DNA of 64,000 bases from Podarcis melisellensis (taxonomy: Eukaryota). The position numbers were made by a program, and so were the translations under genes. The notes below the pieces were generated by a model. That model did no database searches, was not told where the DNA came from, and saw nothing but the letters and a program-made list of their open reading frames with translations. The stretch is from NCBI GenBank assembly GCA_964234715.1, contig OZ174281.1; one strand, 5' to 3'. Below, one piece after another: positions 35,572 through 48,957 of this stretch (its first letter is position 1; each line of letters begins with the position of its first letter).

Positions 35572-38499
35572 AATTGAATTCATGCAACATGGTTGTAGGA
35601 TTCCACTGCAATAATGTATGAAGGGCTCCTACTGTTGTAGTCAGAAGTTTGAGCCATTTGCCTTCTACCAAAAATTTTATTTAACTATTTTTTGTTCTTA
35701 GCTGCTATCGCTGACAAAACAAGGGTGTGTGCCTCAGATGTTTGTTGGTGTTGTGAGATCTCTTAGGGCACATTGGAACTAATCACTTGCTGTTTCTATG
35801 TGGGTGGAAGTAGCCAGGCAAATAAATTTAGTGTTCAATGCTTGCTGCTTTTTTCCAAATATGCACACGTACTTCTGGGCTGCTACCCAGGAGCTTAGGC
35901 CTTCAGTAAGGCTCAAAAGGCATGAGCACAAAGATTTGTACTAGTTGCCAAACACTGTATTTTTGTGAGGCTGGAAGGCAAAAATGTAGCCTTGCCCATG
36001 AAATCTGGATATTAGAGTTGCTTGCCCTGGCAGCAAATGAAAGAATGCCACATAAAAAGAGAGATAAATTAGGAAAGTTTAAAACCATCTGGTAGCCATT
36101 TTTAGACTGCTTTTCTCAGTCAAATTGGACCTGCTTCTTACTGCCTAGCTACTCCCTGCCAATTTTCCTTCTTGTATTTTCCTTCTCTTGTGTATGTTTC
36201 CTATCTTCTTTATGCCTATGTAGATGGATGGATGTAAAGGCTTTTTTGCCACTTTTTTTTTACACGTCACTTTCTTTATGAGTAGTAATTATTTGAACTT
36301 AGCAATGAGTGAATGTGTGACTGTGAAAGGTTTGTTTTTAAATAGGACTTTAACATTTAAAAGGATTAATTGATTAAAGCATTTCATTTATGATCATTAT
36401 TATTTTTTTTGGGGGGGGGGCAAGCTTTTTAAATATTCCTGGAACTCCTGAGGCAGTGAACACTGCATAGAAACTTCACCCTTCATTGCTTGAGTATATA
36501 TATTCATTGCTCATTCCTGAAGTGGTTTTACTAATGAATGATCTGGAAACCCAGAAATGCTTTATATTTGATGGTCCATACAAAAGACAAAAGTTTGTGT
36601 GATGTAATCCTCAGTCCAATGTAATCCTCAGTGTATCACGAATTCTTAAGGCATCGTAGTTGCAAGAGCGTGCCACCATTCACAAATTTATCAAATAGCT
36701 GAATACTGCTATGAACCTATGGACCCATCTCGGAAAAGGCAGCTCACTACGTATCTACATGATTCATTAGTATATCCTTTTATCTTGTGTTAATACAGTA
36801 TATTGCTATTTTTTATAGTATCCTGCCACCATTTAAGGTACTACAATCAAGTTACCCACTGTACACTCAAAGAATTCACAAGTAACTTTTCAGTTTGTTT
36901 CAGTTAGATATTATTTTTACTTTTAGGTATTCAGTCCGCAAAATACTATAATAACCTAAATTACATGGCAGGGAGAACTTATGGCTACATTGTGGTAACT
37001 TTGGTCTGGAATCAATGAACATGTAAACCTAACTAAAAGTTTGTTTTTCAGCATTTTAGAGAATAGATGGTCTCGGAAAGTTTGTCACCTGGACTGGGGA
37101 ATTGCTCTTTGATTGCCTGTTAATACCCATATTTTTGCCTTCTGAGTCTTAATCCATTAGCAGAAAGGGAATACAAGGATGTTGGAGATATATGGGGTTC
37201 GAAAGAAAAGAAATTGATTGATTCTGCAAGTTGTGACCTGTCTCTCTTGTAAAGTGGAGATTGCTGTGGAATAAGTTGTACCTTCACTCCCAAAGCATGC
37301 TAAGAAAAGGAAATATATCCTTAGTTTCCAGTGTGGCATGCAGTACTTTGTGTGTTTTCTTCTTCTTTCGTTATTACCTAGAGGTCTTCACATTGCTCCC
37401 TTGTCAAAGATCTGCAAAAGCATGTTAGCATCATATTTATGAACGTTCAAAATAAGCTCTCTCTTTTTTTTACAAACACTAACAATAAAACTAATGTTTG
37501 CTTTTAAAACAGATAACCCTTAATTTGAACCTTTTACAGGTACAGCATTGGAGAAAGCATGGCTTCCTAGGCTAGGTTGTGAAATATCTTAGTACCTGCT
37601 ACGCATGTTCAGCATGATTGACAGGTAGTAAAACACTTGTTAGAAGCCTTAAGCTTCCCCAATTCTTTCTATTAAATGACCTTTTTCTGAAAGACTGAAA
37701 GCTATAATCAAGTTCCCTCTGTGTAATTCACTGGTGATTACTGATATAAGGAAATAACGTACATTGGTAAAAGGCTTTTATATTTATGGCTTAAGATGTG
37801 CTTCCGTAATTTGAAATGAAACTCTTGCCCTGCTCTTAGCTATTAAAACCGTTTAACCTGTAAGTTAATGCATGGGAAGTACATTGAGTATTGAAACAAG
37901 TGTATAATATTCAAAATGGGATTAAATTAATGTTGTTACCGTAAAGAAAGAGAAAAACATCAATTTAGTAAAAAAAAAATGCTTGTTGTCTGACTAACTT
38001 AATTGCTTTTAATAAAACAGTGTATACTTTATTGTAGGTATCTTAGTATCTCAACCCTAAACACAATACTTGAAAGTCTTATCTTTTTCATTCATATACA
38101 ATTGGCAGTGAAGCCATGCAATATAAGGCCATGTTAAATTTAATTTAATACTTAAATTTAAGTATTCCTTAAGCATATGCAATATTTGTACCAATATGGT
38201 GAGTGGGTAGTAGATTTATGTAGCATTCACTCAGACTTTGCAGAAAGCCAGCCCTTACTACTTCAATACAGGAGCAATTACAGCCATGCAAAAGTAACCT
38301 TAGAGCTGATTTATACCAGAGCAGCATGGTTGCTGCCCTCATGTATCTTCCCCTCATTTTGCTCTAAATCTTTGCACATGTAGAACAGGCTAATTGTGTG
38401 GAATGTAACCATGTCAACAATGCCAGCATCATAGGATTTAGGCTGGGTATCAGCATGCTAACTTCCTACATGACTTGCTTATTAATGTGAGTGCTGAAT

Positions 38500-39780
38500 T
38501 TAGAACTGAGCTGAAAATTCATCTTCTGCAGTATGGTTTGCAGGCCACAAATGTGACATGTTCACTTAATTCTGGGAGGGGGATTCCACAAGTTTCCAGC
38601 AGTGGGAGCCTTACCATGACAAGCAACTATGGTCCCCCCCTTACCTCCCTTTCCATTGCTGCAAGCAGCAGCTTTGGCAGGCTAACAGGTTATATTTCCA
38701 TAATCTCTAACTTCAGAAGTTGCAACATTCTGACACAGCTTCATTTGAGGGACATTGTTGGAGGAGATGATGGCCCACATTAGCTGAGAGACAAGCCCCA
38801 GTCTCCCACCTATGCAAACTTTTATTTTCTCCTTCACCAATGGATTGATTTCTTTCAGTCTCAACTAACATGTCCATCGGTGCAAAGATTTCTGCTTGTG
38901 CAATAGGATACAGAGTAAGAAAGAGGGGAAAGTCCTGCTGCCCAAGTGGAAATCCTTGTACTGACAAGGTGGTTCTTGACTAAGATGTTCATAACCAGAT
39001 GAGTCTATCCGCAGTTTGGCTGCACATTCTAAACCAGATGGAGCTTCCAAACCAGACTCAAGGGCAGCCTTGTGCTAAGGTAAGCTATGCATGGATTGCA
39101 GTAGTCACTGTCCTTGTCTTTGAATGGTTGTAGCTGGCAATGTAGACGAAGCTGGTAAAAAGCATTCCAGCCACAGATGTATCCAGGAGTACCCCCAAGC
39201 TTGCACTTGCTGCTTAAAAGTCCTTCCGGAAAAGGTAGCATGCTACTTCCCCAAACATGGGAACCAAACCACCTAAAGAACTTCCTTCCTCCCAGGATTC
39301 AAATACAATTTACTGGCCCTCAATCAGTTTATTACTGCATTCAGACACTGATCTGGAGCTGTCACATCCTCTCCTGAATCAGATGCTATGGAGAAGTAGA
39401 GCACTTTATCATCAGTGTACTGGTGACATCTTGCTCCAGAACTTCTAATGACTGCCTCCGATGGCTTCATTTAGATATTAAATCACACTGGGGAGGGCAC
39501 AGAACTGCATAGCTGAAGTGTCAGGGTGCTGAGGAACACTCACCCAGAGCTACTTTTTGGATATTACCTTGAAGTTATCAGTGGAGCCACTGTCATACAG
39601 TGCTTCTGATACCCGTCCTGCTTAGTCGGTCCAGGAGGGTACCACAGTCAGGCTTCTGAGAGATCAAGAAGTGGCAAGTTCACACTCCCACTGTCCCTCT
39701 CACAATAAATGTCATCCATCAGAGCAGACTCAGCTCTGAAACTAGGTCTGAACCCAGATTGTAGTGGATCTATATAAGCA
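38500..39780 (-). mobile_element. Degraded L2-clade LINE, RT and C-terminal region
   Basis: Minus-strand motifs LLDLSEA (about 39655), LNPG (about 39295), LGVLLD (about 39190), DYCN (about 39100) and WKLHLV*N (about 39035); a second KLCQNVAT-like motif near 38730 suggests two fragments. Confidence 0.75.
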
Positions 39781-41100
39781 TTCTCATCTACCTGCAGTAT
39801 AGAAAGAAGTTACAGGGAAGTTATGTTGCTCTCATAATGTATTGTAAGATGTGGACCACTGAAAAGTTTATGGATATTTGAGCAACTGCTTGATACTTAG
39901 TATGAGAAATATCTATCCTTTTTTCTTGTTTGTTTTTATTCATTTGCATTATAGTGCAAAAGGGAATTAATTCAACTTGAAATATATTTTATTTCTCTCT
40001 ATTTGTGTAAGCAAATGTACCCATAACCATACACCCAAGAGTGAAATAATTAAAACACATTCATTTCAGTGAAAGCTTTAAACATATACTTAACACTCTC
40101 ATTGAAACATAGGACTTAAAATCACTTAACTTGGCGTGATTACACTCAGATGATAAAAATGTACTAGAATACTAATGAGAATTAATACTTCTTCAATCTG
40201 CTTAAAAACATTTTTAGTAGCAAACTTTTTCTTATTTGGGAATATTTTGCTGTAAAAAAAGAGAGGGAATCAGTAATTAAAACTCTTGCAGGAACAGAAT
40301 TGAAAGTCTATCTCTACAGGTCAATTAAAAGACTTATTCATCACTAATCCATGCTTATGAGGAAACAATAAGATGGGCATCTCAGTAGACTGCTGCTAGT
40401 CTCCTTTGTTCCCTCAGTAATTAAGGCAGCAAACAACTTTGGCACTTCAGAAAGCACAACTGAAAATTGTCAGAAAGGCCAAAATGGTTGCTTTCACAGC
40501 CCTTTCCAAAGTAATAGAAATTTATCCTTGCTGTTGTCCCCATTTCATGCTCTTGATATGAGTGTGGAATTGTGGAATCCAAAATATACACTCAGAAGAG
40601 TTACTGTTTAACAAGATATATTTATTTCCCGCCAATCAGCCAAAGTATGTAGATAACTTTGGAACACATTTCTCCTGCTTAGTGGAATGCTGAGTGAAGA
40701 GAAGATCCTACTTACTGCAGATATTTAACTAAAACGAGGCACTGTCTTTCAAAACAGATTTGTGGTTAAGGATTGATGTGAGCAGGAAACAACAACAGAT
40801 TGGCAGGCTCCATCCTGGAAGTTGTTATTTGGTTAAAAAGAAAATCCCATTAATATTTGAAAGCAGGCATTTTAAGATACCTACAAAATACATTTGACAA
40901 GTATATCTATGCACTAAGTATTTGTGGCTTTTGCCTTTGATTAATATTTTAATAAATTTGCTTTTATTTGATTAGCCATAAATTATAATAAAGTTCAAAA
41001 TATAATAGAAATGACAAAATTGTGATCAGAAGATATCAAAAATATTGTTTGCGGACTAAAAAAATAAACATTATAATCTTCTCTTTGCTATTAGCAAGTA

Positions 41101-41694
41101 CCATATTTTCCTCGTGTATAAGACGATCCAGAGTATAAGACCACCCTTATTTTTTCAACCCAAAATTTTAAAAGCAAAACCCTAAAATAGAAGTGAAAAT
41201 CCGGATGATTGGCAATGGTGACGGAAAGTTTCCCACATGAGGTGCACGCAGTGTTGGTGGTGCGGAAGCAGGCTCAGTGGTTGGGGCACCACATGCCCCC
41301 CCTTGGCGGCTGCGGGGAAGTGAGGGGCGGGAGGCTCCCGAGCAGGACGCTGGGGCAGAGCCTGGAGAAGGGAGCACCCACTCTGCTGGGCCATGTCATC
41401 AAGCAAACTGAGCTGAGGAAGGTGAGGAGCGGGCCAGGGGCAGGGTGGGGGGTTGAGGGGGAGGGGGGGAAAGAAAGAAGGGTGAGGAGAGGTAGCCAGT
41501 TTCCAGCGCACAGCTGGCAGAGAGAGGAGAAGGAGGGGATGGTGACTGGGACTGCCTCAGCCTGTCCAAGCCCCAAAACCCAGACATTTGCAACCCCACC
41601 CCCAGATGCCCATGTTCCATGTATAAAATGACCCCCCCCTTTTTTACTAATTTTTTAAAGCAAGAAAACTTGTGTTATACACGGAAAAATACGG
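41101..41694. mobile_element. Tc1/mariner-superfamily (pogo/Tc2-like) non-autonomous element with a GC-rich core
   Basis: TA|CCATATTTTCCTCGTGTATA ... TATACACGGAAAAATACGG|TG; subterminal gtataagac repeats. Confidence 0.85.
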
Positions 41695-43494
41695 TGATGT
41701 GATTTTTAAAAATTAAGACTAATGAGAACAATTTAATAGTAACCAAGAAAGAAACACGTGCCTATATCTTCAGAGATAGGAGAATTGAATACATAATAAG
41801 GAAAGTTCTCAACTACATCTTCCTCCCAGTAGCAGAGGTTGAAAGTTAATGCCATGAAGAAGGTGACACGTGTTGCATGCTAAGTATTACATATACTTTT
41901 TTCATGGGAAAATGAGAAAATTCATTTAACTTTAATTATGATACACCCTGAGGCCATCATATAATTAGGTATTTTTTTAAAAAAATCTCAAACTCTGTTC
42001 TTGAATTATTTTGTTGTTGTCCTGCCTCCACATTAATATTCCAAAAATAAAGCAATGTTCGTGTATAATTTGATTTTGTGATCTTACTGTGGTTTAGCAT
42101 TAATGTACAAGAGCTGCAGGCCCATGTGCCTACCCCCTTCGTCTTTTCCAACATTTCCTCAAGGAGGAGATTGCAAGCTTTTACTTCAGGCCCCCCATTG
42201 CAGTTGTATTCTGCAACATATTCTTTACACAATACCCCCCCTCCCTGAACATATGTGGTATTAAGGGTTGCAGGATTTCAGCAGGAAGTTACAGGATATG
42301 GCCTGAGAGGAAATAAAGCTGTAAGACCTCCACAAAATCTTTTCAGGTACAAATAATATTGATGACCCTGACAATGTCATAAGCACTAATAATCATAAAT
42401 GTACAATAAAAAGAAAAGTGTAAAGCGAGAAAACATTTTGCTGGATGGATCATGCCAATATTTTTAAGATTGATGTGCAAAATTAAAAATGTATAAATAT
42501 ATGACCTCTAAATGTGAAAAATAATAATTATAAAAATTAAGTTTATTTGGCTGTGTTCAAACCAAGAGGAAGAACAAGCAAGTTGTAAGGTTGCTTTCAT
42601 GGAAAAAATGGGGAAATGACATTGTGTGATAGAGACAAGGCTCAACACCTGCTTTGCCTCTGTCTTCACCCAAAATGATAGCGATGAGATTTATAACATG
42701 CTTATTCACTTGCACAATTGTAAATGATGTGAGATATGCATATTTTGTCAATGTATATCAGCAACCAGTACACAGTATACATATACCGTGCAAACTATAC
42801 CTTTCTGTTTATTGGCTACTGCTGGGACATTATTTATTATTACTTTATTTATTAAACTTCAATACCACCCTCCATTTGAAGATCAAAGTGCAGTTTACAA
42901 TATAAAAATGCACAACATAATAACCAACAAAAATAATAAACTGCCACCAAGTATTTTATTTTATTACATGACAACATTTGCTTTCACATATCATGAAGCT
43001 GAGGTTTTATAAACTGAAGGGGTTTATTGGGAGTAATACATAAGTTTTGTAATCATGGGGCAAAAAGGTTACCGGAGAAGCCGGTGATTGCTTCATTTAC
43101 TGTGAATTTTCTCAGAGCAACTGTAGCAAGTGTTCTTGATATTGTAGTGTATGAATGCTGAAATTTTGATGTTATAAAAATGGCCCAAGGGAAATGTTTA
43201 TGATGCTGAAGTACAATAACAATGAATGGAAGTAGCTTCTCTTTTTTTCTGTAGCTTTCTTTTTTTTTTAATAATAAAAAAATGAAGCAAGCTAAGGCTT
43301 TTAAGTAATCTACGGGCAGCATACCGTCAATTTTAGTACTGAAGTTTGCAACCTCACTTGAATTGCTATTAAAATTAATGGAAATAATTTTAGGGAGATG
43401 GATGCTATGAAAAAGCAGGCAGTGAGCATTTTAATGCTTGTTACTGACAGTGCTGTGTATTGACTGGGCAGGAACTAGCAGCCCAACTGCTGAG

Positions 43495-44190
43495 TGATAA
43501 AATGAATGGACACAACAACTGTCTGGGATTTAAATGGCCACAGCTATATTGATTTCAGATGTAGGAAGCTTTTGCATAAGCACTGGGTGTGTATCCCTCT
43601 CAGCTCCCCTCCTGGGGGAACTGAGGCATGACAGGGTCTATCCAGGTATGGATCCGCTGCAAATCGCAGGTTTATGTGGAAGACCCTCAAATGCTGAGGG
43701 AAGCTCTATGGCCTACTAGCCATACACAGTTGGTTCTTTGTATAGAGACTTCCCTCCAGACCCCTTTTATGGGGTACCCTGTTAATGCCGTCGCAGGGAA
43801 TGGGGTGGGTGGGTGGGTCAGCACTTCAACACACCCCAATTAGATGAAAGACTATAGGATTCTGCCCAAGGGCTAAACCACCAAAGCTGTGACTAGCGCT
43901 ATGGGGAAGATGAAACCTGCAGAGCAGGAAAATTTCCTTCCTGGCCCTGAATATGGCAACTGTCAAAAGACCACAGCAAAGCCCAGCTAGCTGAAAAGAA
44001 ATGGTTAGAGCAGTAATCAACTATTGATGAAGGGGGGGTGACGCTCCCAGCCAACTGAACGCTGTGCTGAGGGCTTGGCTGCGCTAAGTCGATGGCTGTC
44101 CCCTGCCCCCTCTCCAGGGCCACCGTGGATTGGCTCACTTGAAGGACAGGTTTGGTGGGAACCTGTGAGCCTCTGCGGCGGCCGGAGGGG
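43495..44190 (-). mobile_element. Older terminal-repeat-like element (DIRS/Ngaro- or LTR-like)
   Basis: Minus strand has gacccacccacccacccc (about 43803-43823) and then caatatagctgtggccatttaa (43530-43551), the same ordered motifs as 61068-61934. Confidence 0.5.
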
Positions 44191-45272
44191 ACAGGGAAAC
44201 ATTCTAAAATGGCTCTGCGTGAGGAGGTGCCACATCGTGCTGCAAGCGCAGCTCACTGGCAAGATGGTAAGTGGCCATTGTAGGGACTTCAGTGGCATAG
44301 AATTATTCAGTGCACTCTGTGTTACTTCCTAACATTATCTTCTCATACTTTATTTTGGGTTGCACCTCTACAGTTTACTTGTTGAATTACTAATTGATTT
44401 ATTTTTAGTGATTTAGTGGGAAGCTGGGTGAGAATGAGTAAGCTAACGCAGTCCCAAGTATATCACAGCTATATGCCTTGTTATGTCCCTGGAATCCTGC
44501 ATTGAAATATTGGAGCATGCCATAAGCAGTTTGGAATAGTGCTTTTCAACTTCAGCTATAGTAATGCTAGTTCCACACAGTATAATTACTATGTCATCTT
44601 AGAATAACTTGCCCGTTTTGATGCTGTAGAATCTGACAGACATAATTTTGAGGCACATAATTTTAATTCACAGGTATTTATAATGGTACACAGTGTGCTC
44701 TCATTTTCTGAATGTAAATGCTCCTTTTGGAAGGGAAGTATGTGAAACAAGAGGAATTTATTTTGAATGGCGTTGTTAAAGGGACCGATTCAGAGCCAAC
44801 TGTGCATATCAGATGTTGTTACTTTAGATCAGGTTTTTTTTTAATTGTACCCAGAAGAGTCTACTTTGTGAGCAAAAGCAAAATGTTTTACAATTAGGCC
44901 TATTAGGCCTACTTAAGCATATGAGACTTTGTAACAAAGTATTGGGCTATATATATTTGAAAGAAAATGTTATAAATAACAGGGCATACATGTTACATTT
45001 TTAAAAAACAATTCAGAAATCCTAAACTGAAGCACAAAACTGCTACATATTTTGGTTTTTAAAAATCTACTTTTGTGCTATATTAATCATTGCATTTCAG
45101 TAGATGTTTGTGAGGTTTTATACCTTGCTTTTTGAAAACCTTTTAAAAAAAATGTTTGTGCCTTTTTGAACTGCCTGATCAACACTTAGAATGCTAAATG
45201 TCACTCATGGAATTGCATTGGCTATCCTGAGAATTCCAGTGCAGGGTTCTTGTGAACTGAAAAAGAGACACA

Positions 45273-45278
45273 TTTATT

Positions 45279-45311
<33 letters not shown>

Positions 45312-45312
45312 T
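45273..45312. repeat. (TTTA)n(TTA)n microsatellite
   Basis: Read directly from the sequence. Confidence 0.9.
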
Positions 45313-47992
45313 AATTAAGGAGCTTCAAAATACCTTTAAATAAAAATAAATAATGTGGTTTGTACAGTTGCAGTGGCCTGTAAATATGGACAAGTCTCCC
45401 TGATACCCCTTCAAGAAAAAAATCATATTCAAGTTCTAGACCTCTCTATACACTTCACAAAATAAAAGTGCAGCAGATAACCCATATTCTCTCCAGTAAA
45501 GAAAAGAAAATTAATTGGTCATACACTCATTCCATGTTTAATACCAGCAACTACATCTAAAATTCATTTTAGAAATGCAATTAAGAATGACCTTTAAAAA
45601 GTCTCAATTCTTCATACCAAAGCAGGTATGAATAGCAAGAAGGAAGGGGAAAGAGTAATTTCAAAGATCACTTTCTTCATTCCACCACTCAGCTCATTAC
45701 TGAATGTAGCTCCTTTGGTTTATAGCCTGCAGCTCGCTAATCTGCTTGCTTGCATACAAGGGCCCCCTGGCCTTGTGCCATAATGAAAAACAGATGCTAT
45801 GTCCAGACTCATCTGCCGAGGGTACTTCCATGCATGGACCTATTTTGCCCTAGAAGAGCTGTGGATGGTGGAATTTGGGCAGTGAAGAAGGGCAATAGCT
45901 AAAAGTAGTTGGCACTCACGAGTGGTTCAAGGGTGAATGCTTCTTGTTTTATTTGATTTACACCCACTGTCAGTCTTCTGCATTCTGTGATACTGGTCTA
46001 TAAAAGGGTCCCATTTATCTTGCTAGTAGGGATGCCTGAGGAATCCATTGAGTTCAAATTCTGGAGTGAAACATCCAAATTAATGTGCGGAACCCTCCCT
46101 TATCAAAATTCCTCATCACACATAGGTTTTGAAGCATATTCACCTGGATATTTTTAGAGGTCTCCTTCAAATGCATTCAGTCAGTGTAGTGCATGCAGAT
46201 GCTGGCATGCACGGAGGGTGGAGCCATTGTGTGCTTCCCTACACCACCTTGCTTGTGGCTGAGCTTGCTGGCCTTAAGCATTTGGCTGTCAAGACTTCAG
46301 GCTTTCCTGGGTTGCCTACCTCTTTCACCCTGTCAACCACAGGCCTAACTGACAGACTCACACTGTCTTCCTGACTTCTGGTTCTTTAGTTCATTTCCCC
46401 TCATCCTCTGAAGCTGAAGAGAAAACAACAGAGAATAAAGAAATCCAGGACTCTCTCTTTCCTGTCATTGGTTAACAGAGGTACCATCAGTCATGAAACA
46501 AAAGACAAAGATGCCCATAGAAAACAATAGATAAATCCAGGATTTCTTCTGTAGTGTGTGAGCTACTCTTGTTTCTTATATCTGTAGGCTCAGCTGTGAA
46601 CAACATTCCATAGGATCTGGAAGCTCATGGTTCTCCTACATACTTTTTCATACCCAGGACTTTCCTGAATATGTAGGATCCACTACTTTCTTTTAGACAA
46701 CTCCATTTCTCTTTCAAACTGGGCAGCATTCAAGATTACTATGACAGGGGATGATGATGACACATGTTTATAGGGAGACTTCTTTTTAATTCAGCAGAAT
46801 CAGTGATGATGAAATCTATAGACCAACTGCATGCTGAAGTGTTTGGAGCCAGCACTGCTGCAAATTTGCTGAGATAGTTGCTCTATATTCACATGCCAGT
46901 TGCTCCTCACATCATCAAGGGACTGACTCTGTAATGTTTTGGCCTTCCCCTTATTTATCATCATTGCTGACTGTCACATTGTTCTGGGAGAGATAGATTA
47001 TGAACAACTGTGGATGGGATACTTTTAATTAAAGTAAGGGGGGAACTTCATTGAAATTCTGTAATGTACATAAGTCATCTGTCATAATTTAACAAATGAA
47101 AAAGACTAAGAGAAGGTACCATCAATCAAGACTATTTAACTACACTCTAGAGTGAATTAAATTGTATTTAAGAACTTTTATCAGAATAGCAATAAAGACT
47201 AGTACAAAGCACGCCATGTTTTGTTAATCTGCTTCCTGATTTCTGCCTAGTCATCATTTTTTTGGTCAGAACAGAGTATATAAAAGTTGAGGATGTCTTA
47301 TTTTTTTGGTGGAGAGGGAGTGTTTGCTCAGTTTAATGAAACATTATGTATACAAAAAAAGTTTTGCCTTGGACTAGGAAGAACATTTTTTTTATGTTTA
47401 GCCCTCTCCCCTTTAATGTCAAGGAAAGCAGCTTTAATATTTGTTTTAAAAAATGCTTCAGTCACATAACTCTTACTTTCCACTTTGGAATTTTGAGCCC
47501 AGTCTTTAGGCAGGTGGTATCAAACAAAGAGCTAATGGGAATTGCTTTAAGGCTCATTTTCATCAGGCTTCTTATCTACAAAGTGGCAAAGACGTTCGCT
47601 GCTGGTCTTGTCCAAGTGGACACAGCGGTTGCACTTTGTTCTGTTAACTGGAATCAGGGGTAGGCCATCACATTTTGTTGCCTGAGGCTAAACAAGAAGG
47701 TGCTGTTCATGCTCCCTATGGCGAAGTCTTGCTTGCTGGGGTCGTGCAGCAGTGGCTTCCAGTGATATCTTGCGAGAGTTTTGCAAGATCTCACAAGATC
47801 TTGCCAGAAGCCACTGCCATGCAACTCTGGTAAGCAAGGCTTTGGGGTGGGGGGGCAGTGGTGGCAGCAGGGAAGGGTGCTCACAGGGGCGCCGCCCTGT
47901 GGGATTCTGCCACCAGAAGTGGCTGCTTCAGTCTGCCTCATGGGCAGGGGTACTTGATATAAACTATGTCAGAGGTGTACAAACTACCATCG

Positions 47993-48490
47993 CCATCGAT
48001 CCCCGGCATTGAATGTGTTGGCCTAGTGTGAGGCTCCGAGGAGAGCTTGGCTGTCTGGCTGGTGTACCGGCCACCTAGCGCACCAGCAGCCACCCTGTCA
48101 GGCCTATTGGAGGCGGTGGCTGGCTGGGCCTTGGAGTTCCCTAACCTATTGGTATTGGGAGACTTCAACATCCATGCTGATGCCACTCCCTCCTCACAGG
48201 CTCTGGACCTGGTGTCTTCCATGGCGACACTAGGGCTCTCCCAGTTTGTTTCGGGCCCCATACATCAAGCAGGCCACACGCTGGATTTGATCTTTGGCGT
48301 AGGTATAGATGTGATCATGTCTCCTTCGATGAAGGTACCATGGTCTGATCACTACGCTCTGAAAGCCAGGATTGACTTTCCACCCCCACCCTGCTTAGGT
48401 GGCGAGCCGATTTGGGCTTGCCCACAGAGGCTGATGGACCCTGATAGATTCCACCAAGCCTTGGGGGACCTTGCTCCCCCTGGCGACTCA
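47993..48490 (+). mobile_element. L2-clade LINE ORF2 apurinic-like (APE) endonuclease fragment
   Basis: IECVGLV*GSEESLAVWLVYRPP...LLVLGDFNIH...GPIHQAGHTLDLIF...WSDH; canonical YRPP, GDFN, TLD and SDH motifs. Confidence 0.9.
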
Positions 48491-48770
48491 TTGCCATGCT
48501 CCCTTGCCATGCTCATCAGTCTTGATCCTGCTTGTTGCCCTATTGATGATATTTTAAAACGTGCATATTAAATGCTTACATACACATTTTGCCTTCAGCA
48601 TTTCATTTCTTAAAGCTCCATATGTTAAGGGTGCAGAAATAATTCACCTTTACATAAATCAGCTCTTTAATTTTTCTCAGGAAGGAAAAAAAAAAGATGT
48701 GAAGCACAAAGTAAAATTGTTTCTGATTATCAGAGATGATGCTTAGAAATGAACTACAGAAAACAAACTA

Positions 48771-48957
48771 CAGTGGACCCTCCAGATACAAACTTAATTT
48801 GTTCCAGGGGTCCGTTCGCACCCTGAAAATAACGTAAATAGAGGCGTGCTTCTGCCCATGCGCAAGCGATGAAACCCGTAAGTATACCCTACCGTTTTCT
48901 GTGGCCATAACCCAAAGATTCTGTATCCAGAGGGATACGTAAGTAGAAGTACAACTG
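48771..48957. mobile_element. Tc1/mariner (Tigger-like) MITE, diverged
   Basis: TA|CAGTGGACCCTC ... GAAGTACAACTG|TA; internal aacttaatttgttccag resembles 11003-11233. Confidence 0.8.

Noticed and set aside
41168-41631. Cluster of overlapping ORFs and a possible CpG-island promoter
   Set aside because: Low-complexity GC-rich interior of a TIR-bounded element with no protein similarity.
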